Positions 9,117 through 20,600 are shown, counted from the stretch's first letter. The stretch is 37,607 nt of DNA from Bacteroidota bacterium (GCA_010027395.1 RGVD01000001.1:1-37607), one strand, 5' to 3'. A program made the numbers and translations. The notes: generated from the sequence alone by a model not told the origin.

Positions 9117-12100
9117 TTAAAAGGTAAAATTTCTAGCTAAATCCACAGGGTTCAATTTGTTTAAATTTAACAAGAAGCTTGCTCGTTCAAAAGGGTGGTT
9201 TAAGCCTTTGTTATCCCATGCATTTTGAACATCTGTAGATGCAAAAAGAGGCAGGTAAATCTCGAAAATTCCTTTAGCAAGGCTAAGGTAAAGCCCACCG
9301 CTGTAACTTAATTGAGTTTTTGAAGGGTAATAAGTATGAGTTGTTCCGCCTCCTGTGCCAGAAGAATTGGTATAGCCAGAAGGAATTTCAAAATACACCA
9401 CATCTCCATAAACTCCAATAGGTAGTTTAATTGGAAAAGGAATGGTAATATTAGCAGATGTTAGCCAAGTTTTGCTGCTTCCAATGCTTACAAAATTTCT
9501 AAAACCAGCATCTCGGTTAATGATTTGTCGATCAAAAATTTGTTGTTGTGGGTTTCTTATATCGCCCCTTCTTCCCCCCATTAAAGATTCATCATATAAA
9601 TAGTCAAAGTATCCAGTTGTTCCACCTGCTTGGAAATAACTTTTCTCAAGTTGTAAATTTGTATATGAAGAACCATTTCCAGTATTAAAGAAGGTACCTG
9701 CAAATAATCTTATTTGTGCCGTTTTCTTACCGTCTTTGTACAAAAAACCTTGTGTAAATTCAGCACTTAAACGATTGTATTGGTAATCGAAGGTGCCCGA
9801 TTGGAAATCTATGTTTAGTGCGCTTGGATAGGTTTTTAAATCGTGTTTGAATTCGTGCTTAACATCCAAAGCTGAAAATGCTTGGTTATTCCAATTGCTG
9901 AAGAAATAGGTGTTTTGCTTGTTTTCTAAAATGCTGACATGACGAATGCTAAGCACATTGCTATATAAACTTCTTTCCGTTTTTTGTTTAAAATGAATTT
10001 CAATGAATGGAGCGAGTTTTTCATAAGTTGTAATTATATCTCTAACATATCCTAACGAATCTGTGTAACCGTCTTTTATCAAGCCCATGGAACCAAAACG
10101 TGAAGCATTAACCCCCACTTTTACTTTTCTAATAAGTCTATTTTTTGTGGTAAACATATTCCTTGATAGTTTCAAATAACCATTCAAATCATTGGTTGTG
10201 AAGCTATACATAGGAACAAAATCAAACTCGGTTTTTTGGGTAGGGAATATGTCGTTAGCAATGTATAGACCCAACAAACTTCTGTTGTAAACATTGTAAG
10301 CATATATAGGCAAAACAAATATTTGTTTGTGGTTACTTTTTTCAAGCGAAGGCAAAAATCTAATATCAAAACCATTGAAGGTTTTTAATAATCCTTTGGT
10401 TCTAATGGTATTGTTTTGTCTATACAAATCTAAGCTAGTTTCATCTCCATCAAGGGTCCATTGCACTGCCCCATTTTGGCTGGGTAATTCAATTGTTTGG
10501 GTACCACTGAACCCTCTAATGATGTTTCGAGAAAGAACCATTCCTTTTTCAGAAACAGACTGCACCTCAAATGGGGTATTTAAACCGCCTTTGTTTTTTA
10601 TTTTTAATAAGCTGATTGCTTTACCTTCAACCACTTTAGTTTTGAGGCCTAGCATTTTATAGTCCATTTTTTTGTTGCTAGCCATGATATCGTCAAAGAA
10701 CCATGAGAGGTTTTTACCGGTGAAGCCTTCAGCATGTTTTCTGAAATCTCCGGGTAAGGGGTGTTTAAACTTCCATAAATTATAATAGCTAATCATCATG
10801 GCATCAAATTGGTCGCTACCTAAATAGAATTGCAGATACTGAATACTCAGAGGATTTTTTGCATATACAATAGTTCCGTAGTTATTGTCTGTGTATGCTT
10901 CTGATCTGAGGTTACCAGCTTGGTCTGAATTCCTGCGGGCAGCGTATGCGTAGGTTAATTTTGTCATACCAAAACCTTTATTGTAAAAACCAAATAAGTC
11001 ATATATTTTCTTATTGCTTTTTTCCTCATCCGTTGTCACTTTTCTCTCCTCGCCACAACGGTTTTCATAATAGGTATTGATACTCTCATCCATCCAGGGG
11101 TATTCGCGTTCATTACTCCCAAGTATGCCATAAAACCAATTATGACCTACTTCATGAATAATAGTGGTTCTATCTATATTGCCACAGTTTGTAATGGTTG
11201 GATATTCCATGCCCCCACCTGCCTCCAATGGGGTTATTACCACTTGCACTAAGTTATAAGGATATTCACCAACCCTTTCTGAATAAAATTTAACTGCCTC
11301 GTTAGTATATTCAATTCCTTTTTTAGATGCGTTTTTTGCAAACAACCAAGTATCCACTTTTTTTGTTTTGGATAAGTTTACCACATCATGTAAGACCTGA
11401 AACTCTTTGCTACAAAACCATGCAAAATCATGCACATTGTTTTGAATATACCTAACAGTTTTTGTGTCAGTTTTTGAAGGATTTAGAGGGTCAATCGATA
11501 ATGAGTCTTTTCTGGATTTATTATTTAACCATTCTATTTCCTCTTTGGTTTGCAAATCTCCAGTAGCGGCAATAACATAGTCTTTAGGTAATGTGATGCT
11601 CACATCAAATCGTCCAAATTCACTATAAAATTCTCCTTGGTTTAAATAAGGCATAGGATTCCATCCATTCACATCATAAACTGCTGGTTTTGGGTACCAT
11701 TGAGAGATGCAAAACATTTGGTCTTCATGACCCATGCGACTAAAAACCTTTGGTATTTTAACAAAAAAAGGTGTAGCAATTTCTACCGTTTGATTAGGCA
11801 AAATTTCTTGACCCAAAGTGATTTTGGCTACGTCAATGTCTTTAGTTAATTGCCAAACACAAGCCTTGTTGTCAATAGTAAAGGCCAAACTATCTATATA
11901 ACCTCTATCTTCATTTTTTGCAAAATAGAAATCCGTTTTTCCATTTTCTAAATCCTGCTTGGCATAGGCTGTTTGATTGTTTTTATAGGCATTAGGCCAC
12001 AGGTGCATATATATTTCTTTTAATGCATCAGGCGAGTTGTTTGTATACTGGATCTTGATGTTGCCCATAAGGCTATTGCTTTTATCATTTAATCGTACAT

Positions 12101-12212
12101 CAATTGTGTAATTAACTGTTTGTTGCCACTTGCTTTGCTCAAGGTTTTTTTGTTGAGCAAAAACTGCATTCAGACAAATGCTAAAGAATAATAATGTAAT
12201 TGTTTTTTTCAT
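9117..12212 (-). CDS. Secreted M1-family (gluzincin) metallopeptidase with a long C-terminal extension
   Basis: The track ORF is 9117..12281. ATG 12212 gives MKKTITLLFFSICLNAVFA/QQ, a signal peptide, and avoids overlap with purK. Zinc site is HEVGHNWFYG-x-...-WMDE (HExxH-x18-E), preceded by a GAMEN-like GGGMEYP. The C-terminal ~550-600 aa has no motif I recognise and ends ...LARNFTF. Confidence 0.85.
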   Translation of the reverse strand: MKKTITLLFFSICLNAVFAQQKNLEQSKWQQTVNYTIDVRLNDKSNSLMGNIKIQYTNNSPDALKEIYMHLWPNAYKNNQTAYAKQDLENGKTDFYFAKNEDRGYIDSLAFTIDNKACVWQLTKDIDVAKITLGQEILPNQTVEIATPFFVKIPKVFSRMGHEDQMFCISQWYPKPAVYDVNGWNPMPYLNQGEFYSEFGRFDVSITLPKDYVIAATGDLQTKEEIEWLNNKSRKDSLSIDPLNPSKTDTKTVRYIQNNVHDFAWFCSKEFQVLHDVVNLSKTKKVDTWLFAKNASKKGIEYTNEAVKFYSERVGEYPYNLVQVVITPLEAGGGMEYPTITNCGNIDRTTIIHEVGHNWFYGILGSNEREYPWMDESINTYYENRCGEERKVTTDEEKSNKKIYDLFGFYNKGFGMTKLTYAYAARRNSDQAGNLRSEAYTDNNYGTIVYAKNPLSIQYLQFYLGSDQFDAMMISYYNLWKFKHPLPGDFRKHAEGFTGKNLSWFFDDIMASNKKMDYKMLGLKTKVVEGKAISLLKIKNKGGLNTPFEVQSVSEKGMVLSRNIIRGFSGTQTIELPSQNGAVQWTLDGDETSLDLYRQNNTIRTKGLLKTFNGFDIRFLPSLEKSNHKQIFVLPIYAYNVYNRSLLGLYIANDIFPTQKTEFDFVPMYSFTTNDLNGYLKLSRNMFTTKNRLIRKVKVGVNASRFGSMGLIKDGYTDSLGYVRDIITTYEKLAPFIEIHFKQKTERSLYSNVLSIRHVSILENKQNTYFFSNWNNQAFSALDVKHEFKHDLKTYPSALNIDFQSGTFDYQYNRLSAEFTQGFLYKDGKKTAQIRLFAGTFFNTGNGSSYTNLQLEKSYFQAGGTTGYFDYLYDESLMGGRRGDIRNPQQQIFDRQIINRDAGFRNFVSIGSSKTWLTSANITIPFPIKLPIGVYGDVVYFEIPSGYTNSSGTGGGTTHTYYPSKTQLSYSGGLYLSLAKGIFEIYLPLFASTDVQNAWDNKGLNHPFERASFLLNLNKLNPVDLARNFTF

Positions 12213-12255
12213 ATTGAAAGCAATAATTAAAATGTTTGACCCAAAAAGGAATTTA

Positions 12256-13390
12256 TTATGGGTTGGGTTTAAAACTAACAAGTGAACTTACTTTATGGGC
12301 TTTTTTGTGAGCATCCTCTGGGCTTTCTGCCAATACGGTGATATGCCCCATTTTTCGCTTGGGTTTACATTCTTTTTTGCCATATAGGTGCACATACACA
12401 CCCTCCATAGCTGATATTTCCTCTAAACCTTCTAGTTGATAAGATCCTGAAAAATCATCAGCGCCTAATAGGTTTATCATGACAGCAGGCTTAATCGATT
12501 TGGTGCTACCTAATGGAATATTGGCAAGTATCCTTGCCAATTGTTCAAACTGCGATGTGTAGCAAGCCTCAATGCTATGGTGGCCGCTATTGTGCGCCCT
12601 TGGTGCAATTTCGTTTACTAAAATTTGATTATCATTGGATAGAAACATTTCAACAGCAAAAATGCCAATACCACCCAAAGCATTTACAGCATGAATAGCA
12701 ATTTCCTCTGCCTTTGGGGCATAAAAGAAAAGTAACCAAATTAGCCACAGGGTCAAATTCCATTTCTACGGATGGGTAGCAAAGTGTATTTCCATTTCTG
12801 TCTCTGGCCACAATCACTGATAACTCTTTTTGGCAGGGAATAAATTCTTCAAGCACACAAGCTTGCTCAAAAGGTATTGAATTTAAGTCCGCTAAAATAG
12901 TAGATTTATTAAGCAACATTACACCTTTCCCATCGTAGCCATCTTTACGAGTTTTAGCAGCAAACTTTTCAGATTTTATTTGTCCTAATGCATTTGCCCA
13001 TTCATTTTTATTATTAACCAATACAAATGAACTTGTAGGAATATTGTTATCAAGATAAAATTGCTTTTGTAAGCCTTTATCCTGAATGATTTGAAGCACT
13101 TTGGGTGAAGGGATTATGGTTTTACCTTCTGATTCAAGCTTCAAAAGGACTTCTGTATTTACATGTTCAATTTCATAACTGATTACATCCGAAATTTCGG
13201 CTAACTTTCTAATAGCTGCTTCATCCTGCAAACTGCCCACGATTAGTTTATCACAAATATTTGCACAAGGGCAATTTGGATCGTTTTCGAGTATATTAAA
13301 GGTTAAGTTAAGTCTTAAACTTTCCTCAATCATCATGCGGCCTAATTGACCGCCCCCTAGAATGCCTATTCTTGTTTGCAATGGATTCAT
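12256..13390 (-). pseudogene. purK: N5-carboxyaminoimidazole ribonucleotide synthase (PurK), interrupted by a frameshift and short gap
   Basis: The N-terminal fragment is 12650..13390 (IGILGGGQLGRMM, ATP-grasp region, ...EMEFDPVANLVTFLL). The C-terminal fragment, in another frame, is 12256..12756 (..APKAEEIAIHAVNALGGIGIFAVEMF..NEIAPRAHNSGHH..GRKMGH-like KRKMGHITV). The frames meet around 12712-12727. After the junction, each frame reads nonsense in the other one's territory. Confidence 0.85.
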
Positions 13391-13401
13391 TTTATATCTG
13401 T

Positions 13402-14547
13402 TTAGTTTGCTGCAGCTTGTAAAACTTGTAAGTAAAAATTCTCATATTTAGGTACGATATTATTAATATCAAATTCCTCAGCCCTTGTCAATGCTGCCTT
13501 TTTAAATTGTTGGAGTCTTTCATTGTTCTCTAAAATATAAATAGCTTTCTCAGCCATAGTGCATACATCACCTACGTTGCACAAAAATCCTGTAACACCC
13601 TCTACGTTTAATTCAGGAATACCTCCAGCATTGCTTGATACAACAGGAACCTCGCAGGCCATAGCCTCTAAGGCTGCCAAACCAAAACTTTCCGTTTCGC
13701 TTGGTAAAAGAAATAAATCACAAATAGACAATATTTCTTCAACAGGGTTTTGTTTTCCTAAAAAACTGATGCTATTGCCAAGGTTAAGATCGCGGCAAAG
13801 AATCTCAATGGTACTTCGTTCAGGACCATCGCCCACAAGAAGCAATTTTGCTGGTATCTTCTCCTTAATTTTAGCAAATGTTTTCACTACATCATCTACT
13901 CTTTTTACTTTTCTGAAATTGGATGTGTGAACAATTAACATTTCACCATTAGGGGCAATGGCTTTTTTAAAGTGCTCGCGGTCTTGCTTGCTAAAACGAG
14001 TAATATCAATAAAATTGGGTATTACTTCAATGTGCTTTTGGGTATTAAAATGGCTATAGGTATCTTGCTTTAAAGAATCTGAAACTGATGTAACCGCATC
14101 AGATTGATTGATAGAGTATGTTACAACAGGTGTAAAGGAAGGGTCTTTTCCAACCAAAGTAATGTCTGTGCCATGCAGAGTAGTAATAACGGGAATATAT
14201 ATGCCTTCACTAGCCAATATTTGCTTGGCCATGATAGCTGCCGAAGCATGCGGAATGGCATAATGTACATGCAGCAAATCCAGTTTTTCAAATTTTACAA
14301 CATCTACCAAACGACTCGTAAGCGCTGTTTCATATGGAGGGAAATCGAATAATGGATAACTTGATACATAGACCTCATGGTAAAAAATATTTCCTGTAAA
14401 AAAATCTAAGCGGGCAGGTTGCTTATAGGTGATAAAATGCACATCATGACCTCGCATTGCTAATGCTTTGCCTAGTTCTGTGGCTACCACTCCGCTTCCC
14501 CCATAGGTTGGATAACAAACAATTCCTATTTTCATATAAATATTCAT
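13402..14547 (-). CDS. bshA: GT4 glycosyltransferase, N-acetyl-alpha-D-glucosaminyl L-malate synthase (bacillithiol biosynthesis BshA)
   Basis: 381-aa ORF with close motif agreement to Bacillus BshA as I recall it: KIGIVCYPTYGGSGVVATELGKALA, TLHGTDITLVG, SNFRKVKRVDDVV, LLLVGDGPE, ESFGLAALEAMACEVPVV. The likely start is MKIGIV at 14535. Confidence 0.8.
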   Translation of the reverse strand: MNIYMKIGIVCYPTYGGSGVVATELGKALAMRGHDVHFITYKQPARLDFFTGNIFYHEVYVSSYPLFDFPPYETALTSRLVDVVKFEKLDLLHVHYAIPHASAAIMAKQILASEGIYIPVITTLHGTDITLVGKDPSFTPVVTYSINQSDAVTSVSDSLKQDTYSHFNTQKHIEVIPNFIDITRFSKQDREHFKKAIAPNGEMLIVHTSNFRKVKRVDDVVKTFAKIKEKIPAKLLLVGDGPERSTIEILCRDLNLGNSISFLGKQNPVEEILSICDLFLLPSETESFGLAALEAMACEVPVVSSNAGGIPELNVEGVTGFLCNVGDVCTMAEKAIYILENNERLQQFKKAALTRAEEFDINNIVPKYENFYLQVLQAAAN

Positions 14548-14579
14548 TCAAAACAAATTGTGTAATGTTTTGAAGTTTG

Positions 14580-14610
14580 CAAACCTAAAACAATAAATAT
14601 AGGCATCAAA
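14580..14610 (-). promoter_or_regulatory. Candidate Bacteroidota sigmaA promoter for bshA (TTTG-N19-TAGGTTTG on the minus strand)
   Basis: Plus-strand CAAACCTA (14580-14587) is TAGGTTTG on the minus strand and matches the -7 consensus TAnnTTTG. CAAA at 14607-14610 (TTTG on the minus strand) sits exactly 19 nt upstream of it. The motif is ~33-45 nt upstream of the candidate ATGs. Confidence 0.45.
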
Positions 14611-14733
14611 CCCTTTTGTTTAATATTTACGTTAATTAACTAAAGGGCTCATTTATAGTCGTAATTTGATAAAAATTAACCTCGCAGGTGCTAAACATCT
14701 GGCTAAATATTATTTTGCAACCAAATATTCAAT

Positions 14734-15606
14734 ATGTCAATATTAGACGAGATAAAATTCCGCTTTCAACAAAACAATGCCATAACGCGCATTATTTTTT
14801 TGAATGTTTTTGTTTTTTTGTTCTTTTCTGTTCTATCAGTTCTAGGTTTTTTATTTAATCAGTCTATCTTTTCTGACATTGTTAGCTATTTCGTACTTCC
14901 ATCAAATCTCTCAAAACTTATATTTCACCCTTGGAGCATTCTCACATACATGTTCCTTCATGATGGCTTTATGCATATTTTGTTTAACATGCTTTGGCTA
15001 TATTGGATTGGAAGTTTACTTCAAGAATACTTGGGCAATACAAAAACTTATCAAGCGTATTTCTTAGGTGGCATTTCAGGAGGTTTACTCTATTTGCTGG
15101 CCTATAACCTAATGCCTGTTTTTGCTGCCAATGTTTCATATTCATTTGCCCTAGGCGCTTCAGCAGGTGTGCTTGCTGTGGTTTGTGCAGCAGCTACTTT
15201 GCTTCCCGACTATAATTTCCAGTTACTTTTTTTTGGAAATGTAAAGCTAAAATACATCGCCTTAATTAGTGTTTTGCTTGATTTAATTAGCATACCTCAA
15301 GGAAATGCCGGTGGGCACATTGCACATTTGGGTGGTGCTTTATTTGGTTATTTGTTCATCAAATTGATATATGCCAATAACAATCTATCTCATAGATTGG
15401 ATGCCTTGTTTGATGGAATATTAAATGTGTTTACTACTAAACCCAAAATCAAAATCCAACATAAAACCACTTTTATGAAAACTGCAAGCAATGTTAGGCC
15501 AAGTCAGGTGGATGTGGATGTGATTTTGGATAAAATTTCAAAATCAGGTTACGAGAGTTTGTCGCAAGCCGAAAAGGAAACATTATTTAAAGCAAGCAAA
15601 GATTAG
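14734..15606 (+). CDS. Rhomboid-family intramembrane serine protease
   Basis: 290 aa and polytopic, with HPWSILTYMFLHDGFMHILFNM, catalytic GASAGV and AHLGGALFG motifs, and a soluble C-terminal tail. Confidence 0.85.
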   Translation: MSILDEIKFRFQQNNAITRIIFLNVFVFLFFSVLSVLGFLFNQSIFSDIVSYFVLPSNLSKLIFHPWSILTYMFLHDGFMHILFNMLWLYWIGSLLQEYLGNTKTYQAYFLGGISGGLLYLLAYNLMPVFAANVSYSFALGASAGVLAVVCAAATLLPDYNFQLLFFGNVKLKYIALISVLLDLISIPQGNAGGHIAHLGGALFGYLFIKLIYANNNLSHRLDALFDGILNVFTTKPKIKIQHKTTFMKTASNVRPSQVDVDVILDKISKSGYESLSQAEKETLFKASKD

Positions 15607-15616
15607 AGTTATCAAT

Positions 15617-16702
15617 ATGAAGTATATCAATCATATAGTTTTTATAATCAATGTTTTTGCATTGCTTGCACTATTAGGTTCTTACTTGGCACCTTATATT
15701 AGCCCAGCTGTTTTATGGCCAATAGCATTTTTAGGTTTGGCCTTTCCCCTGATTTTTATTATCAATTTTTGCTTTGTATTTTATTGGTTGCTTCAATGGG
15801 ATATTAGAATTTGGTATGCCATAGCCGTATTGCTGCTAGGCTCTTTTCACATATATCATTTTATTCAGTTTGGAACCAAAAAGACTGAGCAAAAAAATAA
15901 TAGGATAAATATTATTTCCTTTAATACCCATAATTTTGGGGTATACGAGTCCGATAATATTTACGATAGCTCAGTATTTTTTAATGTGCTTCGAGACTTA
16001 AATCCAGATATTATGTGTTTCCAAGAGTTTGTAGACATTAAAACGGATGTAGATACCAAAATGTACAAGCAGTTATTCAAAGAATATAAACATCTCTACA
16101 AAGTAAATGTAAATGATAACGACTCAAATCCAACTGGCTACAGTGTCTCCATTTTCACTAAATACAAAATTCTTGAAAGCGGGCTTGTTGAGAGGGTAAA
16201 TGCAGGTGGTAATTGCACTATTTATTGTGATTTGGTAACCGATAAAGACACCATAAGGGTAGTTAATACACATCTGAAAAGTATTAGCTTTCAGCAAAAG
16301 GACTTTGAAACCATATCTGAATTAAAAAATGGTGATAACCAATCTAAGGTAGATTTTACAAGTGTAAAAGGGATATTTGCTCGACTTAAATACGCTTTCG
16401 TTTCTCGCTCCAAACAAGTTGACATCATTAAGAATTTTATTGATTACTCGCCATATAAAGTTATCATTTGTGGCGATTTTAATGACTCTCCCACAAGCTA
16501 TTCATATAACATGCTGCGAGGCGATAAAAAAGATGCATTTGTAGAATCTGGTTCGGGTGTAAGCCCCACTTATATTGGTAAAATGCCCAATTTTAGAATT
16601 GACTATATTCTGTGTGACAAAGCTTTTCAAGTTTTTAATTACAAACCTCAAAAGCTCAACTTTAGTGATCACAAAATGATTTCCGCTACCCTGATATATT
16701 AA
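15617..16702 (+). CDS. Membrane-anchored endonuclease/exonuclease/phosphatase (EEP) family protein
   Basis: 361 aa. N-terminal TM helices are followed by EEP motifs: FNTHNFG, CFQEF, VNTHL, CGDFNDSP, RIDYIL, SDHKM. Confidence 0.8.
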   Translation: MKYINHIVFIINVFALLALLGSYLAPYISPAVLWPIAFLGLAFPLIFIINFCFVFYWLLQWDIRIWYAIAVLLLGSFHIYHFIQFGTKKTEQKNNRINIISFNTHNFGVYESDNIYDSSVFFNVLRDLNPDIMCFQEFVDIKTDVDTKMYKQLFKEYKHLYKVNVNDNDSNPTGYSVSIFTKYKILESGLVERVNAGGNCTIYCDLVTDKDTIRVVNTHLKSISFQQKDFETISELKNGDNQSKVDFTSVKGIFARLKYAFVSRSKQVDIIKNFIDYSPYKVIICGDFNDSPTSYSYNMLRGDKKDAFVESGSGVSPTYIGKMPNFRIDYILCDKAFQVFNYKPQKLNFSDHKMISATLIY

Positions 16703-16799
16703 CGGTTGTGACAAATAGTCCACAAAACATTCTCGGTATTGAGTTTGTGATTTAACATATTAATCAGTTAGTTTTGCAAACAAATAAGATATTCAAATC

Positions 16800-17126
16800 A
16801 TGTTAACCATAAGCGAAAAAGCAAAGAACCGTATAGCCGAATTAAAAAGCGAATCTCATTTTGATGAAAATTATTTTTTAAGGGTATGGGTTGAAAGTGG
16901 AGGATGCTCTGGCTTATCTTATAAATTAGATTTTGATAACCAAGACAAGCCTGGAGATGAGGTTTTTGGGGATGTTGGCGTAAAAGTGGTTACTGATAAG
17001 AGAAGTGTTTTATACCTATTTGGAACTGAATTGGACTTTTCTGATGGATTGAATGGAAAAGGCTTCACCTTCAATAACCCCAATGCTTCACGTACTTGTA
17101 GCTGTGGCGAAAGTTTTGCAGTCTAA
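16800..17126 (+). CDS. HesB/IscA/ErpA-family iron-sulfur cluster insertion protein
   Basis: 108 aa with GGCSGLSYKLDF and the C-terminal CSCGESF motif. Confidence 0.85.
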   Translation: MLTISEKAKNRIAELKSESHFDENYFLRVWVESGGCSGLSYKLDFDNQDKPGDEVFGDVGVKVVTDKRSVLYLFGTELDFSDGLNGKGFTFNNPNASRTCSCGESFAV

Positions 17127-17155
17127 TACAATATTTTAACAAATTGTTGAAAAGA

Positions 17156-17186
17156 TTTGATTATTACACTTCATGGCATATATTTG
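17156..17186 (+). promoter_or_regulatory. Candidate Bacteroidota sigmaA promoter for rpsT (TTTG-N19-TATATTTG)
   Basis: TTTG is at 17156-17159. Exactly 19 nt later, TATATTTG (17179-17186) matches TAnnTTTG. The ATG is 40 nt downstream. Confidence 0.5.
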
Positions 17187-17225
17187 CAGCCCTATTGAAA
17201 TTTTTATAGCGTAAATTATTTAGAA

Positions 17226-17516
17226 ATGGCAAACCATAAATCATCAATTAAAAGAATTAGAAGCAACGCAGCTAAGCGTTTGCGCAATCGTTACCAAGCT
17301 AAAACAACTCGTACATTAATTAAAAGACTTAGAACTTCAACTGAGAAGCCTGAAGCAGAAAAATTATATGTTGAGGTTTCTTCTATGTTAGACAAATTAG
17401 CAAAAAAGAATGTTATTCACAAAAATAAAGCCTCTAACCAAAAATCAAAATTGGCTAAAGTGTTAAAAAAAGTGGGTACTGTGGTTGCAAAAAAATCATC
17501 AAAGAAAAAAGCGTAA
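17226..17516 (+). CDS. rpsT: 30S ribosomal protein S20
   Basis: 96 aa, [24 protein letters not shown]..., strongly basic, with a Lys-rich tail. Confidence 0.93.
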   Translation: MANHKSSIKRIRSNAAKRLRNRYQAKTTRTLIKRLRTSTEKPEAEKLYVEVSSMLDKLAKKNVIHKNKASNQKSKLAKVLKKVGTVVAKKSSKKKA

Positions 17517-17537
17517 TCAGCTCATTTTTATATATTT

Positions 17538-17569
17538 AAAAGCTTTCTGTTTCAGAAAGCTTTTTTTTT
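17538..17569 (+). terminator. Intrinsic terminator after rpsT
   Basis: Stem AGCTTTCTG (17541-17549) / CAGAAAGCT (17553-17561), followed by a T8 run. Confidence 0.75.
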
Positions 17570-17675
17570 GTTCAAGAATTAACAACCAAATTCTATTAAA
17601 ACTTTCATAAAAAGGGGCATTAAGAAAAAATTTAGAAATCCAATACCTATTTTTGAATCATAAAAAATCATTATT

Positions 17676-20600
17676 ATGAAAAACAAATACATAAGCTATA
17701 TGCAAAAGCATCTTATAAAATTGCTTTTACTATTGCCTTTTTTCTTGGCAATGCCTAAAGCCAATGCATCCCATTTAACAGGTGGTGACATGAGTTATGA
17801 ATGCTTAGGCGGTGGACAATATAGAATAACTTTTAAAGTTTATCGTGACTGCCAAGGTATTCCTATGTGTAATTGCCCGGGTATGGCTGGTTGTAGCTTG
17901 ATAGGTGTTTCCGTCACAGGTGCAGATCCTTCGTGCGCAGGTGTAAGCTTTGGAAATATTACCATGACAGTGCAGCCTAGCAATGTGAGTGGATTTGATG
18001 TAATTCAATTATGTCGATCAGCAACCACCATTTGTACCAATTGTGGCACGCGTACACCGGGTTCTTATACGCCCGGTATTGAGGTGTATACCTTTACGGG
18101 TACGGTTAACCTTAATTCGGTAGCACCTGCTTCTTGCTGTAATGTTACAGTTGGATGGAGCGATTGCTGCCGTAACAATGCCATTACCAATCTTCAAAAC
18201 CCAAGCAGTTTATCTTATTTTGTGGGTGCCACCATTAATAGATGTGTGTGTAGCTCTGCCCCAACCTTTACCAACGACCCTGTGGCATTGGTTTGCGCTG
18301 GTCAAGAATTTACGTATAACTTAGGTGCTGTCGATCCAGATGGAGATTCATTAAGTTATGCCTTTGGATCATCCCAAACAGCAGCCAATACCTCTGCTCC
18401 TTATAAAACTCCATTTAATGCCACAACCTATCCATTTCCGTACAGTGGTGCACCTCTTATTAATCAACCACCACCATTTGGTTTAAACATAGATCCTGTA
18501 ACGGGTGATGTGCGTTTCATGCCAGTTCAAAATTTTGTATCTAACTTTGTAATCGAGGTAACCCAATGGAAATATTTGCCAGGAGGTGCTCCTTATAAAG
18601 TAGGGGTAACCCGAAGGGATATACAGTTTTATTGTAAAGCTGATTGCCCTCCAAACAACCCACCCAAATTTATAACATATAAAGAAACAGGGGAGTTTAT
18701 TGATTCTAAAAACGTTACCACAGTGCCTACGCCAAACCCTATACCTGGTAATTATTCGCCTAAGATAAGTTGGTCTGTTTGTGCTAAAAGTCAATTGTGT
18801 TTTATTATTGAAGCCAGAGATGATGAAGAAACGCAAGATACCACGGATATGGCTTGGAATTCGCCATCCAATATTGTGAACAATGGAATTGCAACCTTTC
18901 AACCCACCTATCCTCGCTATGTATATCCAAACTCAAACGATCATATTGGGGTAATTAAATACGATAGATGGAAATTTTGTTGGACACCCAATGTAACCGC
19001 TTATACGCCTACCATGAGGCCATACTATTTTTCGGTTTCAGCCAGAGATAGAGCATGTCCTGTGCCAGCGCGAACCTTTAAAACCTTTGCTATTACAGTA
19101 AATCAAACACCTGATGCTACCATTGCAGTAGATTATTTTAAATGCGGTACTTATCGTTTCAAATATACCGTAACCCCAGCCACAGCCAATGTAACACTTA
19201 ATGATGCATACACAAGGTGGTATGTAGAAACTGATCCGGGTTCAGGAAATTATGTAGAGAAAATGCCTGATGCTAGTAACAAATTTACGATGACTACCAC
19301 CTTTAAAAAAGGTGGAAAGTATAATGTATACATGCGATTATCATCTATGCCACCACCAGCGCCTTCTGGCTGCCCTAATGATAAAATCCCTTTTGTAGTA
19401 ACCGTGCCAGACCCTGTTAGTGTTGATCCACCTGCTGCAGCTTATAATTGTTTTGGTTCTTCAGTAAAGGTTAACTCTAATGGACATTTTGGTTTGCCAG
19501 GTGCCAATAGGTTTGAATATTTCCAATTGGTTGGAACAACTTATACATCTGTTCGAGGTAAAAGTTTTGATTCAACAGCCACCATTACACCTCCTACCTC
19601 TTCTAACCCACCGTACAATACCAGTTATATGGTGAAAATTACTGAACCTACTCAAAATTGTGTTGATTCAGCCTTTTTTACAATAGCTACCAAGCCATTG
19701 CCATCTAAGGATTTATTTCCTGAGATTCGTATTTGTCAATCAACAGATACCACTTTTTGGGCAGATGGTGCAAACAAAACTACACCAGCAAATTCTTTTT
19801 ATAAGTGGTATAAATATGTAAAAATAGGAGGGGTGAGAGATACTTTTCCTTTTACACCTTCAAAAACACCAGTTTCAGCCAATAGTTTACCTGTAACCTA
19901 CAAAGATTCGGGTGATTTTATGTTAATTAAAACAGATGCCTTTGGCTGTAAAGTAGTGGATAAAACCACCTTGGATGTAAATAGTTTTCCAATAAAAGGT
20001 GGAGCTGGTCAAAACGCATGTTTAAATGATCCACCACTTGTTATGGAGGCTGTGGTTCCTGTGGGTGCAACTGTTTCAAATATCAGGTGGTATGAGGTAA
20101 ATACACCTTCTGTTACGCTTTCAACTACTACAAGCTTTACGATACCTACCAATGTTTTGGGTAAAAAGAAATATGTTATTTCAAGCAATACTGTTTTTGC
20201 TGGTGTGGCATGTCCTGCTAGCGATACCATAACCGCTGAGATATCGGCACAGCCTATATTAAACCCTATAACACCTTATACCATTTGTAACAATGTTCCT
20301 AGTGTTTATTTCCCAAAAATAACTTCATCAAATAAGTTTATTGGTAATGTTGTTTGGAGTTACCCGCTCTTTCCTGCTGCTATCTCTGGAAATCAATTTA
20401 ATGTTTCAAAAATACCAACACCACCTAGCACAAATACCGCTTATGGTGATTATATAGATTTATTGGCTTACGATACATTTGGTTGTACGGTAGCCGGTAA
20501 AATGTTAGTGGCTATTTTTCCAGCACCTATTGTTACAGTAGGGCCTCAAAAAATCATTTGCGATTACGATAAACCATTTTCATTACGACCAATGTCTGCT

